DNA from: Candidatus Omnitrophota bacterium
GTDB taxonomy: Bacteria > Omnitrophota > Gorgyraeia > Zapsychrales > Zapsychraceae
Assembly: GCA_028280285.1 (NCBI GenBank)
Contig: JANQMA010000017.1
Coordinates: 64,993-128,992, forward strand
Direction: 5' to 3'
DNA: 64,000 nt
The notes under the pieces are model-generated. The model saw only the letters and a list, made by a program, of their open reading frames with translations, was not told the DNA's origin and did not search any database. This document shows positions 33,201 to 43,488 of the stretch, one piece after another. How positions within the stretch are numbered: the stretch's first letter is position 1; the number at the start of each line of letters is the position of its first letter. A program made the position numbers and the translations under genes.

Positions 33201-33980
33201 ATGATACACAAGACTGTCTTAATAACAGGCGCATCAAGCGGTATCGGCGAAGCGTTAGCATGGAAATATGCCGAAGAAGGCTATCGGCTTATTCTTATCG
33301 CCCGGCGAGAGGAGAGGCTTGTGATCTTAAAGCAGGATATTGAAAAAAAATATGGAGGCCATGTTTTCAATATTTCTTGTGATTTAAGTCTGCCGGATAG
33401 CGTGCATAATATTTACAATATTGTTAAGAAAGAAAATATAGCCGTCGATGTGCTTATTAATAATGCCGGTTTTGGCCACTATGGTGCTTTTTGTGAATCT
33501 TCTGTTGAAACAATGACGAAAATGATACAAGTTAATACAATGGCCCTTATGCAGTTAACGCATTATTTTGCGGCCGATATGGTCAAACGGCAAAGCGGGC
33601 ATATTATCAATGTCGGCTCAATTGTCGGTTTTGTGCCGGGGCCGTTTATGGCCATGTATTATGCGACTAAGGCATTTGTCTTGTCATTCTCAGAAGCCTT
33701 AAGTCAGGAACTTGCTTCTAAAAATGTGTGTGTGACTGTCTTTTGTCCGGGGCCTGTCGCATCGGAGTTTAAACAAGTGGCTTACGGGGTTGATCAAAAA
33801 CACGCGATGCATAACACTATACCGTCAAGCGCTAAAGCTGCTGATACGATATTTTATGCCATGCAGAAAAAACAGGTTATTAATCTGTTTACTTTTTCGA
33901 ATCATATTATTTTATTGGTGTTACGCTTTTTACCCCGTGCGGTTATCCGTCGTTTATGGCGGATAGCGCGCAAAAAATAG
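33201..33980 (+). CDS. Short-chain dehydrogenase/reductase (SDR) family oxidoreductase
   Basis: TGASSGIG cofactor motif, NNAG, catalytic YxxxK (YYATKAF); ORF-track start 33108 overlaps tRNA and repeat so ATG 33201 (MIHKTVLITGASSGIG) used. Confidence 0.8.
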   Translation: MIHKTVLITGASSGIGEALAWKYAEEGYRLILIARREERLVILKQDIEKKYGGHVFNISCDLSLPDSVHNIYNIVKKENIAVDVLINNAGFGHYGAFCESSVETMTKMIQVNTMALMQLTHYFAADMVKRQSGHIINVGSIVGFVPGPFMAMYYATKAFVLSFSEALSQELASKNVCVTVFCPGPVASEFKQVAYGVDQKHAMHNTIPSSAKAADTIFYAMQKKQVINLFTFSNHIILLVLRFLPRAVIRRLWRIARKK

Positions 33981-33995
33981 TGATTGGTGACATGA

Positions 33996-34129
33996 GATAA
34001 ATGGTGTCGGATAAATGGTGTCAGATCTCACTAAAGCATTGTCTACCAAATGTTTATGGATAAATGGTTCGGTTCATCTAAATGTAATGTAACTTGTTGG
34101 AGTAAGGTTGCTTGTGAGATCTGACATCA
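33996..34129. repeat. Upstream region of the radical SAM gene with GATAAATGGTGTC direct repeats and a 12-bp inverted repeat (GTCAGATCTCAC / GTGAGATCTGAC)
   Basis: GATAAATGG occurs at ~33997, 34010, 34059; inverted 12-mers at 34020-34031 and 34115-34126. Confidence 0.4.
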
Positions 34130-35496
34130 ATTTTTCCACATCTATTAAATGCTTATCGGTTGCGCTTGTCAATGTGGCTAATCACCATAAAGAATACGGA
34201 GTGCATAAAGATTTAAACGGTGGGTTTGGCACCGCTGATGATTTTGATGGATTTCTGGGTAGCTCCTTTATTAGGTTTTTTAAAAAGCATACTGTTTCGC
34301 TGCCAATTATTAGTTTCGCGCATTTGCAGAGCATCTTTAAACAAAAAGATATGCGAGTTAGTTATATTGAAGAAAATTATTGTGATGAAAATAATTTTGA
34401 TATTGTGCTTATTTATGGCAGCATGGTTGATCACCGTCATGAAAATCAAGTGTGCCGCCTATGGAAGAAAAAAATGCCGCAAGCGCGTGTCGGTATTTTT
34501 GGAAACTTTGCGAAAGTGTGTCCTGAATTTTTCGATGCAGCCGATTTTATCATTAGTGGTGAAGCTGAACATTTTTTCGATCAGGAGTTTAAGAGCCTTG
34601 ATCAGCTTAAAGGCTATGTGCAGGTTCGCGGCATAACCAATTATGATTCTTTACCGGTACCGGATTTAAGCGGATTTCCCATTGATAGTTATCAATATTC
34701 GGTTTCACGCACCTCCAAACGTTTTATTCCTTACCAGAGCAGTAAAGGCTGCCCTTACAGCTGCAGTTATTATTGTACGTATGGAAAATTTCAGGGCCCC
34801 AAAATACGCCAGCGCTCGGCGAAGAATGTGGTTAGGGATCTCATTGAACTTAAAGAAAAATATAATATCGAACGCGTACAGTTTCGTGATCCTGTCTTTG
34901 GCCTTCAAAAAGGTTTTATTGAAGATCTTTGTGAAACGGTCAAAGAAAACAACCTTGATATTATTTGGGGGATGGAGACACGCGCGGACTTGTTAAACGA
35001 AGAAAATTTACGTCTTATGCGTGCGGCTGGCTTAAGACGTGTTAACATTGGCATTGAAACGACGAATGCTAATATTGCCAAAACCAATAAAAGGCCTTTG
35101 ATTAAAGAAACTCATCAAGAAAATGTTGTTCGGTGGTGCAAAGAGTTGGGTATTACTGTTGCGGCATTTTATGTGTTTGGTTTGGATGGTGATACACCAG
35201 AGTCGATTGAACAAACAGTTGATTACGCGATTAAGCTTAATACGCCGATTGCGCGGTTTGCCGTGGCGACACCTTATCCGGGAACCGATTTTTATAAGAA
35301 ATTAAAACAGGAAGATCGTCTTCTCATCGATGATTTAGAAAAATACACGCAGTTTAATCTTGTCTTTAAACATACCCACTTATCACCGCAAGATATTAAG
35401 AAGTTTCTAGGCAAGGCTTATCGTCGCTATTATTTGCGGATCAATTATTGGATTATGATGTTGCGCGGTTATGTGCGGCGACTACTTTTTAAATAA
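34108..35496 (+). CDS. B12-binding-domain radical SAM protein (start uncertain)
   Basis: CX3CX2C radical SAM motif (GCPYSCSYYC) preceded by a Rossmann-like B12-binding-type region (DIVLIYGSMVD...VGIFGNFA); ORF-track TTG start lies in an inverted repeat. Confidence 0.6.
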   Translation: MLVRSDINFSTSIKCLSVALVNVANHHKEYGVHKDLNGGFGTADDFDGFLGSSFIRFFKKHTVSLPIISFAHLQSIFKQKDMRVSYIEENYCDENNFDIVLIYGSMVDHRHENQVCRLWKKKMPQARVGIFGNFAKVCPEFFDAADFIISGEAEHFFDQEFKSLDQLKGYVQVRGITNYDSLPVPDLSGFPIDSYQYSVSRTSKRFIPYQSSKGCPYSCSYYCTYGKFQGPKIRQRSAKNVVRDLIELKEKYNIERVQFRDPVFGLQKGFIEDLCETVKENNLDIIWGMETRADLLNEENLRLMRAAGLRRVNIGIETTNANIAKTNKRPLIKETHQENVVRWCKELGITVAAFYVFGLDGDTPESIEQTVDYAIKLNTPIARFAVATPYPGTDFYKKLKQEDRLLIDDLEKYTQFNLVFKHTHLSPQDIKKFLGKAYRRYYLRINYWIMMLRGYVRRLLFK

Positions 35497-37224
35497 CCCT
35501 ACGTGGATGCCTAATCCTGAGTCCTCATCATCAAAAGGCTCCATTTTAAATCCATAACGTAAATCATTTTCTTTTCTTAAAGCTATGGCCGGATGAGGGT
35601 GCGGTGTACATGGCAACAGCCCGTCCCAACATTGTTCGGAATTAATAGGGACGTAGAGAAGCGTGCCGTCATTGGTTTTAAATTCTCTATATTCGACCGT
35701 TGGTGTAGGATCAAATGTTTGTCTGATTGACCAGTCTTTATTATTTATGACGACATTAAGCATTAAAGCGAACGATACACTTATAAAAATGATCGATTTT
35801 TGTTTGTCATTGAGATGTTTGTTTTCGTCAACGGACAACACAAGTGTTGTTAGCGCCAGGATCCAAAAGAGTGCGCCGGCGTAGCGCGGTTCGGGGATAG
35901 TGACAAGCCAAAGGACAAGCGTGATCAGTGCAATGATGATGATAAGCCAAACCTTGCGTTTGGTAAAATCATAGGCGCGTCCAAAGAAATGGCAGCAAGC
36001 GAAGATAAACGCGGAAACGCAAAAAATAAATAGCGGCATTTGAAAATAAAAAGGATACATCGACAAATTGCGTTTAAGCCAACCGCCGACCCAGTCCCAC
36101 TTGCCTAGCACCTCTTGCCACGGCACATTAGGCATTAATATCCAGCTTTCAAGCCAGTTATTAAGGTTCATTGCACTGGCGGCGGGCACGCGCCAGTCGA
36201 CGTCAAATCCGAACCATGGTTTCGGAAAAAACGGATAGCCTGAAAGAATAATGTTGCGGATCATCCACGGCACGGCACTTAAGATGAATAAAATAATCAT
36301 ATAACGGTATATGTTTTTGTTTCTTTTGATCAAAAGAACAACACCGAGCGACACAAAACCAAAAAGCATAAAGCCTGACTTAACCAGGCATCCGATCATG
36401 ATAAGAAATATAATGGTATAGATTTGTGTGTTATCGGCGGTGTTGTTTTCCAAAAGCATTAACAGCTTCAATGTGATTAAAATGCCGATAAGAAAAACGG
36501 CAAAATCCGGTGTCGGATTAGAAATCGGAATGTTGGCATTTAAAAACAAATAAAAGACAACAGGAATAAAAAGCAAGGCGACACGGTGATGAATGTAATA
36601 AGGTTTATTTTTGTTTGTAAAAAAGTGATTTATCAGTTGGGCTAAGGTGATGAAGATAAAAAGCCCGTTAATGATATGATGTGATTTATTAAGCAGTGGT
36701 CCGAACTCAAGCATGGCCGGATAAAGAAAAAAAGTTCCGGCATTAAAGGCGAGCCGGCTGTTAATAAGTGCAAGGCCTGGCACAATCGGATATTCGGCGC
36801 TGAAGCGAACGGTATTTAAATGATAAAGCCCGCTGTCATAGGACTCGGGAGGCCCTAATGACCCATTAGCGACCCAAATTCCGGTTAATATAAGAAAAGC
36901 AGATAACACCGGCTGGTTTTGCACAAAGGCCATTAGATTCTTGAACAGTACGGCACGGAATATCAAGATATTGACTATCGCGACCATAGAAAGAACGATC
37001 AAGGGTATACCCGAGGCTTTGAAGAAAAAATGCCAAGTTTGAAGAAAAATAAGGCTCGCCCCAAACCCTATCCAAAAGCAGTCCAAAACCGACTGCCGGG
37101 CAGCCTCATGATTTCCTTGCATGAATAGTGAGCGGACACCAAGCCCCACGCCGACAAAGCATAACCCAAGCCAGATCCAGGCCGCCAGGATAATACCTGT
37201 TGTTTCTATATAGATATTAAGCAT
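35482..37224 (-). CDS. Large polytopic membrane protein (>=12 TM helices), possible glycan polymerase/glycosyltransferase-like, function unknown
   Basis: Hydrophobicity pattern throughout; only - strand gene of the cluster; C-terminal soluble ~100 aa region. Confidence 0.5.
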   Translation of the reverse strand: MLNIYIETTGIILAAWIWLGLCFVGVGLGVRSLFMQGNHEAARQSVLDCFWIGFGASLIFLQTWHFFFKASGIPLIVLSMVAIVNILIFRAVLFKNLMAFVQNQPVLSAFLILTGIWVANGSLGPPESYDSGLYHLNTVRFSAEYPIVPGLALINSRLAFNAGTFFLYPAMLEFGPLLNKSHHIINGLFIFITLAQLINHFFTNKNKPYYIHHRVALLFIPVVFYLFLNANIPISNPTPDFAVFLIGILITLKLLMLLENNTADNTQIYTIIFLIMIGCLVKSGFMLFGFVSLGVVLLIKRNKNIYRYMIILFILSAVPWMIRNIILSGYPFFPKPWFGFDVDWRVPAASAMNLNNWLESWILMPNVPWQEVLGKWDWVGGWLKRNLSMYPFYFQMPLFIFCVSAFIFACCHFFGRAYDFTKRKVWLIIIIALITLVLWLVTIPEPRYAGALFWILALTTLVLSVDENKHLNDKQKSIIFISVSFALMLNVVINNKDWSIRQTFDPTPTVEYREFKTNDGTLLYVPINSEQCWDGLLPCTPHPHPAIALRKENDLRYGFKMEPFDDEDSGLGIHVGLFKK

Positions 37225-37286
37225 GGCTGCATTATAAACGAATAAATAGTGCCAGGCACGAATTAAATAATGTATAATCAGACTCC

Positions 37287-38618
37287 ATGAAACAATTTAC
37301 CCCGTCTAAACTTTTTTTTATTCTTACAAGTAGCATCTTAATTCTCGGGACAGCTTTCGGTTATGGGCTTTACCATGCGCATAAGGACACGCGGGTGTTT
37401 AGAGGTATTAGATATGTGATGAAGTCAGTGAAAGGTGTCTTTGCCGAAGCGCCTACGTTAACGGGGGGCCGTCCGCACCATTTTCTTCAGCCTTCACGTC
37501 ACGCGGGAAGTAATGTCACGATTAATAAAGAAGAAGCCGAAAAGACAGATCAAATACTGCTCGCGGGATTTTTTGACAATTCTAATGAAATACGCCTCAT
37601 TAAACGCGACGGCACTGTTGTTAACCGTTGGCCGGTTACTTTTTCCCGAATTTTTCCAGATACTCGTCATATGGGTCTCAAAGCGCCACAAACGGATTGG
37701 AATATTGATATTCATGGTGTCTACGCCTTACGTGACGGATCAGTGGTGTTTAACTTTGAATACGGCGGACTTGTTAAACTTGATCGCTGCAACAATGTTG
37801 TCTGGGCCTTACCTGTGCTGTCGCATCATTCTGTCGAGCCGAGTCAAGACGGGGGATTATGGGTGCCGGGGCAAAGACGCTACACAGGAGATGAACAATC
37901 TATGTTTCCGCCGTTTACAACACCACTCAGTGAAGATACGATTATGAAAATTGCCGCAAATGGGGCAATAAAAAAAGAAATTTCTGTTCCGGAACTATTC
38001 TATAAAAATAACCTGGTATATCTACTTACGTCGACGGGAGAAAGTTTTTACAATAATCTGCAATGGGATGAAGAAATTGTGCATCTCAATAAAATAGAAG
38101 AATTGCCGCGCAACCTGGCGCAGGATTTTTCTTTATTTGATTCCGGAGATCTGCTTTTGTCCCTGCGCAATTACAACATGCTGTTGGTGGTTGACCCGGA
38201 AACGGAAACAATAAAATGGTGGACAGTCGGGCCTTGGGTCCGTCAGCATGATCCTTCCTTTAAAGCCGGAGGGACTATTGTCGTTTTTAATAATAATATT
38301 TACAGAGAAGAAACAACGACGAATTTAGTCAGTAACATTATAGAAATCGATCCCCGGACGAATGATTATAAAGTTATTTACGGCGGTAAAAAGGGCCAAG
38401 AGATGTTGACACGGCTCAGAGGAAAACAAGAGGTAACAATAAAAGGAGGTTTGCTCATCACGGAGTTTGAGGCCGGCCGTGCCTTTGAAACAAATGCCCG
38501 AGGCGATGTTATTTGGGAATTTATTAATCGTTATGATAAAAACAACATTGCAGAAATCACCGAAGCACGCATATATGCTGAAAATTATTTTAACGTCGAG
38601 GACTGGTCATGTATGTAA
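37287..38618 (+). CDS. Membrane-anchored beta-propeller protein, arylsulfotransferase (ASST)-like
   Basis: N-terminal TM helix then repeated beta-strand blades; weak resemblance to the ASST family; low-confidence call. Confidence 0.35.
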   Translation: MKQFTPSKLFFILTSSILILGTAFGYGLYHAHKDTRVFRGIRYVMKSVKGVFAEAPTLTGGRPHHFLQPSRHAGSNVTINKEEAEKTDQILLAGFFDNSNEIRLIKRDGTVVNRWPVTFSRIFPDTRHMGLKAPQTDWNIDIHGVYALRDGSVVFNFEYGGLVKLDRCNNVVWALPVLSHHSVEPSQDGGLWVPGQRRYTGDEQSMFPPFTTPLSEDTIMKIAANGAIKKEISVPELFYKNNLVYLLTSTGESFYNNLQWDEEIVHLNKIEELPRNLAQDFSLFDSGDLLLSLRNYNMLLVVDPETETIKWWTVGPWVRQHDPSFKAGGTIVVFNNNIYREETTTNLVSNIIEIDPRTNDYKVIYGGKKGQEMLTRLRGKQEVTIKGGLLITEFEAGRAFETNARGDVIWEFINRYDKNNIAEITEARIYAENYFNVEDWSCM

Positions 38619-38836
38619 ATATATTATCACTTTCATTTTTTTTAACGTTTATAGTAACAAGTAATGCCTGGGCCTATATTGGGCCGGGAGTTGGATTAAG
38701 TGCGATCGGTGTTGTGATTGCTTTATTAGCAGCGGGTATTCTTTTTATTCTTGGCTTTGTGTGGTATCCGGTTAAACGATTGCTGCTTAAAATGAAAAAA
38801 AATAATGCAAAGAATAAAAAAGACAATGAACTATGA
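38609..38836 (+). CDS. Small membrane protein (75 aa)
   Basis: Signal/TM segments; overlaps neighbours by 10 and 4 nt (translational coupling). Confidence 0.4.
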   Translation: MYVNILSLSFFLTFIVTSNAWAYIGPGVGLSAIGVVIALLAAGILFILGFVWYPVKRLLLKMKKNNAKNKKDNEL

Positions 38837-40284
38837 TAATAATCACTGCTCTTTTCAGTATCTTCGTTTTTCTTTTTTCATGTCATGTCCTTAGAATCCT
38901 ACCGGTAGGAAACAGTGTTTTCAATGTTATAAATGCTTCTTTAGAAGTAGTGTTTGATAAAAATATAGACGATGATGTCAAAGAAAAAGAATTACAGAAA
39001 CAGTCCCTTAGATTATTCGGTATTTTTGGTTCACTTGTTGTGCGTATCGGGCTTGCATTATTATTTTCTTTTGCGCCTGTTTGGGGTATGAGCCAGTTAG
39101 GGTATGTTGTTATTGATGATGTTGTTTCGTTTTTGTTTCGTTGGGATGTGATTGTTACCGGGTCTGTTATTGTAATAGCCGGACTTTATCTTTTAAGAAA
39201 ATCATACACGTCTGTAAACTCAGCGCAGATTAATTATTCTCCTGTAGACCGCATGCTTCATTGCATTGCCTTTTCGGACGCGAAGTTACAATTAACGGCC
39301 GTTGATATCGAGCATAAATTGTTTAGAAAGTATTATCAAAATATAAGTTTAAATCCACCTATTTTTATCACATCTTTGCCGCGTGCCGGCACAACCCTTA
39401 TGCTTGAGATGCTGCATTGTTTTGAGGGTTTAGCGACGAATACTTATCGTGACATGCCGTTTTTACTGTCGCCTGTTTTATGGGACCGTTTGAGCGGCCC
39501 TTTTAGAATAAGTACGGCTCAGGCTGAGCGTGCGCATGGTGATGGCATGCGTATTGGACATGATAGTCCCGAGGCTTTTGACGAGGTTATTTGGCGTAAA
39601 TTTTGGTCCGAGAAATACGGCGAAAGAAATATTGGATTGTGGAGTCCGCAAGACACAAAAAAAGATGCTGTTAGTTTTTTTAATGATTATATGAAAAAAA
39701 TCAGTTTTTTGCGTCGGCCAGGGGGCGTTTCAGGTGTTAGATATATTTCCAAAAATAATGCAAACATAGCAAGAATTGACTTGATTAAAGACATGTTTCC
39801 GGAATCAGAAATATTGGTTATGATCCGCAATCCCTTTGAGCAGGCGCGCTCTTTATTGAGGCAGCACAAAAATTTTACCAAAATTCATGCGGAAGAGCCC
39901 TTTGTTTGCCGCTATATGGCGCATATCGGCCATTATGAGTTTGGACAATTACACCGGCCGATCGCCTTTCCGGGAATCGAAAAGCTGCTTGGCGGCCGGG
40001 ATCGAGAATCGCTTGATTACTGGCTGGCTTATTGGATTGCTGCTTTTGCCTATGTTTTGGAAAGAAAAGACAAGGTTCGCTTAGTGGATTATGAAGCCAT
40101 GTGTTTGGATGGCACGGGGGTACTAACAGACCTTTGTTCCCGGTTGGCTATTTTTGATAAGCAGGCTATCAGTCAAGCGGCAGGTATGATTAAGGTGTCT
40201 TCACCGATTAAGGCCGATGAATCGGGCTTTTGCCCTGATTTGTCTGCCCGCGCCAAAGAAATCCATGCGTCTTTAATGGGGTAG
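38833..40284 (+). CDS. Membrane-anchored sulfotransferase family protein
   Basis: FITSLPRAGTTLMLEML resembles the 5'-PSB P-loop (PKxGTT) of sulfotransferases; N-terminal TM helices. Confidence 0.55.
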   Translation: MIIITALFSIFVFLFSCHVLRILPVGNSVFNVINASLEVVFDKNIDDDVKEKELQKQSLRLFGIFGSLVVRIGLALLFSFAPVWGMSQLGYVVIDDVVSFLFRWDVIVTGSVIVIAGLYLLRKSYTSVNSAQINYSPVDRMLHCIAFSDAKLQLTAVDIEHKLFRKYYQNISLNPPIFITSLPRAGTTLMLEMLHCFEGLATNTYRDMPFLLSPVLWDRLSGPFRISTAQAERAHGDGMRIGHDSPEAFDEVIWRKFWSEKYGERNIGLWSPQDTKKDAVSFFNDYMKKISFLRRPGGVSGVRYISKNNANIARIDLIKDMFPESEILVMIRNPFEQARSLLRQHKNFTKIHAEEPFVCRYMAHIGHYEFGQLHRPIAFPGIEKLLGGRDRESLDYWLAYWIAAFAYVLERKDKVRLVDYEAMCLDGTGVLTDLCSRLAIFDKQAISQAAGMIKVSSPIKADESGFCPDLSARAKEIHASLMG

Positions 40285-40785
40285 TATTTAATTTAAAAAA
40301 TGTTCAATTATTAAAAAAATATTAATATAAATATTAAAAACATTTATTTTTTCTAAAACAACCATGGATCGGTAAAACCGGCACTATGTTGGCAAAAATA
40401 GTTTAATCTAAGCATTTATTAATCCTCGTCGATATAATTAAAAAATACTCAAATTTTACTCAAGTTGTGTTGAGTGAGGGCTGACTGGAAAGCGTTATTT
40501 TGATTATTTTTGTCATTAATTACTAAAATTTGACTAAGTGGCCTTAATTTTTGCTGTTTTTCCGGTTTGGTCAAAATTCTTATAATACACTATGTTGGAG
40601 TAATTTAGAGGGAATTAAGCAATTTTAGAAAAATATAAATTTTTTATAAACCATTGAAAATAAATGCTTTTAGCGCTTAATGAAATAAAAATCAGCATTT
40701 GTCGACGAGAAAGGGGTATTTTAGAAATGCTTTAAAACGGCCTAAATTATGTGACTTTCAGGTAAAAAAAATTTTTACAAAAATG

Positions 40786-40814
40786 TTGACAGGGGTAACC
40801 CTCTGTGTGAGAAT
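40786..40814 (+). promoter_or_regulatory. Sigma-70-type promoter of the outer-membrane protein gene (long ~250 nt leader)
   Basis: TTGACA - 17 nt - GAGAAT. Confidence 0.45.
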
Positions 40815-41065
40815 ACACCACAATCAAGGGGAAACCCTATTTTAACCCGGTGATGATTTTAATAGGACACTGAAAGGAGGTGAACTAACTTTATAGGTCA
40901 GAGATCATCGATAATCCGGATCCCTTATAGTTGAAACCATCTGACGGTGTGAAGAAGCGCCGGGCAGTTACAGTAATATAAAAGTAGCACATAAATTCAA
41001 TTAGAAATTCCTTAAATCTGCGGTGCAAATGTTGTAAAAGCAGATTTAATTGGGAGGAGATAAAA

Positions 41066-42424
41066 ATGAGAAAATTATTTTTCGCGGCTTTAGCAGTAGT
41101 GTTTATGGCAGGTACTGCATCAGCAGCCGTTCAAAACGTTAAGGTAAGCGGGTCGGTTGATTCGACTTATGTTAACAGAAAAAACTTTGATTTAGGTGAG
41201 GATGGTGGTTCTGATCACCGTAAACAAAGTTCTTTTATTACGCAAACGTCATTGAGAGTTGATGCAGATCTAACAGACAATGTGTCTGCAACAATTGCTC
41301 TTTTAAATGAAAGAGCTTGGGAATCATCTCCAGGTTCTACAGCAACAGACATTGAGCTTCAATTGGCTTTTGCTGTATTGCGTGAATTCCTTTATTCACC
41401 ATTAACATTGACAGTGGGTCGTCAGGAATTCATTTTTGGTAATGGATTCATTATGGACTCAGCTGCTGGTAGTGGTGATTCAGCGATTTCTAGTGTTGCT
41501 AGTGACCTTTCTAAGAGATTTGCTCTTGATGCGGTTCGTGCAACATTAGATTACAACCCACTAACACTTGATCTTGTATACTTCCGTGATACAGACGGTG
41601 CTAGTGCTGGTTTCTTTACCGGTAGTTCAACAAGCATCGATGTCTATGGTATTAATGCCAACTATGCGTTGGGTGATACTATGAACTCAATCATCGAAGC
41701 ATACTACTGGAAAAAATGGGACAGAACTGACTCAAACAGCGCGACTGACCAAGAAGATAAGCTTCATGTATATGGTCTTCGCGGAAGCACTAACCCGATT
41801 GAAGGGTTAAGCGTTTCAGCTGAGTGGGCCCATCAAAGTGGTGAATCAGATGATGGTTCTGACCAAGCAAACAAAAATGCTAACGCAGTACAGTTAATTG
41901 CAAACTATCAAGTACCTGTGTTAACTGAATACAATCCTGTGCTTACGTATAGCTTCACTAAGTACTCAGGTGATGTAACAACAGCATCTGATGACCACAG
42001 AGATTCCGGTTGGGATTCATTCTACAATGACCAACTAGAAGGTATTGTGTATACATTATTCTCTAAAACAAACCTACTTGTTCATGATGTTTATCTTGAA
42101 ACAACGCCAATGGAAGATGTAACAGCTGGTTTTAGATGGCAAGGTTTGTGGCTAGATAAGTCATGGGAAGATGGCTCATCAGCGTCTTTTACAATCGGAT
42201 CTAACCATGGTGCTGGTACAGATACATTCACATCAGCTGCTGGTGAAATCGATGAAAAAGAAAGTTACTTAGGTAGTGAGTTTGATTTCGATCTAACGTA
42301 TGACTATACGGAAGACGTTCAAATCGGAACTACTTTAGGTTACTTCTTCCCGGGTGATTTCTTTACAGAAGGAAATGACCTAACAGCAAAACAATGGTTG
42401 GTTAACTTAAACGTTGCATTCTAA
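41066..42424 (+). CDS. Outer-membrane beta-barrel protein (porin-like)
   Basis: Signal peptide ending ASAAVQ, alternating amphipathic beta-strands, aromatic C-terminal residue (..LNVAF). Confidence 0.6.
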   Translation: MRKLFFAALAVVFMAGTASAAVQNVKVSGSVDSTYVNRKNFDLGEDGGSDHRKQSSFITQTSLRVDADLTDNVSATIALLNERAWESSPGSTATDIELQLAFAVLREFLYSPLTLTVGRQEFIFGNGFIMDSAAGSGDSAISSVASDLSKRFALDAVRATLDYNPLTLDLVYFRDTDGASAGFFTGSSTSIDVYGINANYALGDTMNSIIEAYYWKKWDRTDSNSATDQEDKLHVYGLRGSTNPIEGLSVSAEWAHQSGESDDGSDQANKNANAVQLIANYQVPVLTEYNPVLTYSFTKYSGDVTTASDDHRDSGWDSFYNDQLEGIVYTLFSKTNLLVHDVYLETTPMEDVTAGFRWQGLWLDKSWEDGSSASFTIGSNHGAGTDTFTSAAGEIDEKESYLGSEFDFDLTYDYTEDVQIGTTLGYFFPGDFFTEGNDLTAKQWLVNLNVAF

Positions 42425-42446
42425 TTAGTTAATTAACTTAATATAT

Positions 42447-42489
42447 GCCGCCCTCGTCGAAGGAAACTTCAACGAGGGCGGTTTTTTTT
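42447..42489 (+). terminator. Rho-independent terminator
   Basis: Stem CCGCCCTCG/CGAGGGCGG followed by TTTTTTTT. Confidence 0.8.
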
Positions 42490-42498
42490 AATAAGTTA

Positions 42499-42618
42499 GG
42501 GTGTAGGGAATAGGGCATAGGGGTCAGTGAGGGAGTAGGGTTTAGAAAGCCTTAACTGATGCCTAATCCCTAAGCTCTATTCCCTACTAATGCCTATGCC
42601 CTACACCCTATTCCCTAT
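42499..42618. repeat. Dyad repeat of GGGTAGGG/GGGAATAGGG words and complements (CCCTA..)
   Basis: GGTGTAGGGAATAGGGCATAGGGG..GGGAGTAGGG ... CCCTAAGCTCTATTCCCTACTAATGCCTATGCCCTACACCCTATTCCCTAT. Confidence 0.6.
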
Positions 42619-42834
42619 ATTTCTACTTTTGTTTTAATTAGGGGAATCTACATAACTTACAAACCACTTTTCCACGTTGTCGACGAGAAAATTTTAAATT
42701 TTGCTTAAAAATATTTTAAATATTTATTTGCATTAATATTTTATTTGTTATTATTAATATTATCTTCCAAGACCTTCTAACCCGTTGGTTTAGCAGAAGT
42801 TATATAAGTAATACATAAGCAGAAGTGAAGTACG

Positions 42835-43413
42835 ATGACCAGAGATGAAATTTATGACCATCTTGCGCAAGTGTATTTAGGTAAACGCAAGAAAGGTGAA
42901 GATAAAAAGACAGAAAACAGATTTAACGCATGGCTTTTGATTAATATATTAATCACTGTCATCATTTTCGCCAGTGCATTTTATGGATTAACGGCGTTTT
43001 TTACGCATAATAATTCGCTCTTAAAAGATAATGTGATTTATTCGCTTCACCGGGGTGTGGTAACCATGGATTACCGGTTTGACGAAGGATATCCACCGGT
43101 TAAGTCATTTGCGCTGTCGATCCCCGGGATTGATACCTCCAGTTACAGTAATCTGGAGTTTTCGATTCGGGCTCGGGAAGAAGGAACGCCAGGTATTGTT
43201 AAGGTTGTGATCAAGAACATCCGCAACGAAGAATCGGCCTTTTATGTGCAGGGAGTGGATTACAAATGGCAAGAAATTGTGATTCCATTTACCGAATTTC
43301 AGAAAATCACCGATTGGTCACAAGTAACAGATGTGTCTTTTGTCCTTGAAGCATGGAATGTCGATAAACGCAAAGGACTTATATTAATCGACAATATTGG
43401 GTTTTCAAGCTGA
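42835..43413 (+). CDS. Membrane-anchored protein with C-terminal beta-sandwich (carbohydrate-binding-module-like) domain, unknown function
   Basis: Single TM helix after basic N-terminus, then beta-rich region; no specific family recognised. Confidence 0.35.
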   Translation: MTRDEIYDHLAQVYLGKRKKGEDKKTENRFNAWLLINILITVIIFASAFYGLTAFFTHNNSLLKDNVIYSLHRGVVTMDYRFDEGYPPVKSFALSIPGIDTSSYSNLEFSIRAREEGTPGIVKVVIKNIRNEESAFYVQGVDYKWQEIVIPFTEFQKITDWSQVTDVSFVLEAWNVDKRKGLILIDNIGFSS

Positions 43414-43488
43414 GCAGACTGTACTCAGAAGGGCTTGGAGAGGTTTTAACATTTTTAAAATTTTATTTGTCATAAATAAGGAGAGAAA

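Noticed and set aside
40285-41065. Possible small RNA or riboswitch in the 780-nt AT-rich region before the OMP gene
   Set aside because: Only generic hairpins (e.g. AAATCTGC..GCAGATTT near 41020) and a plausible promoter were seen; no recognisable riboswitch consensus, so nothing is reported beyond the promoter and the shared 14-mer.
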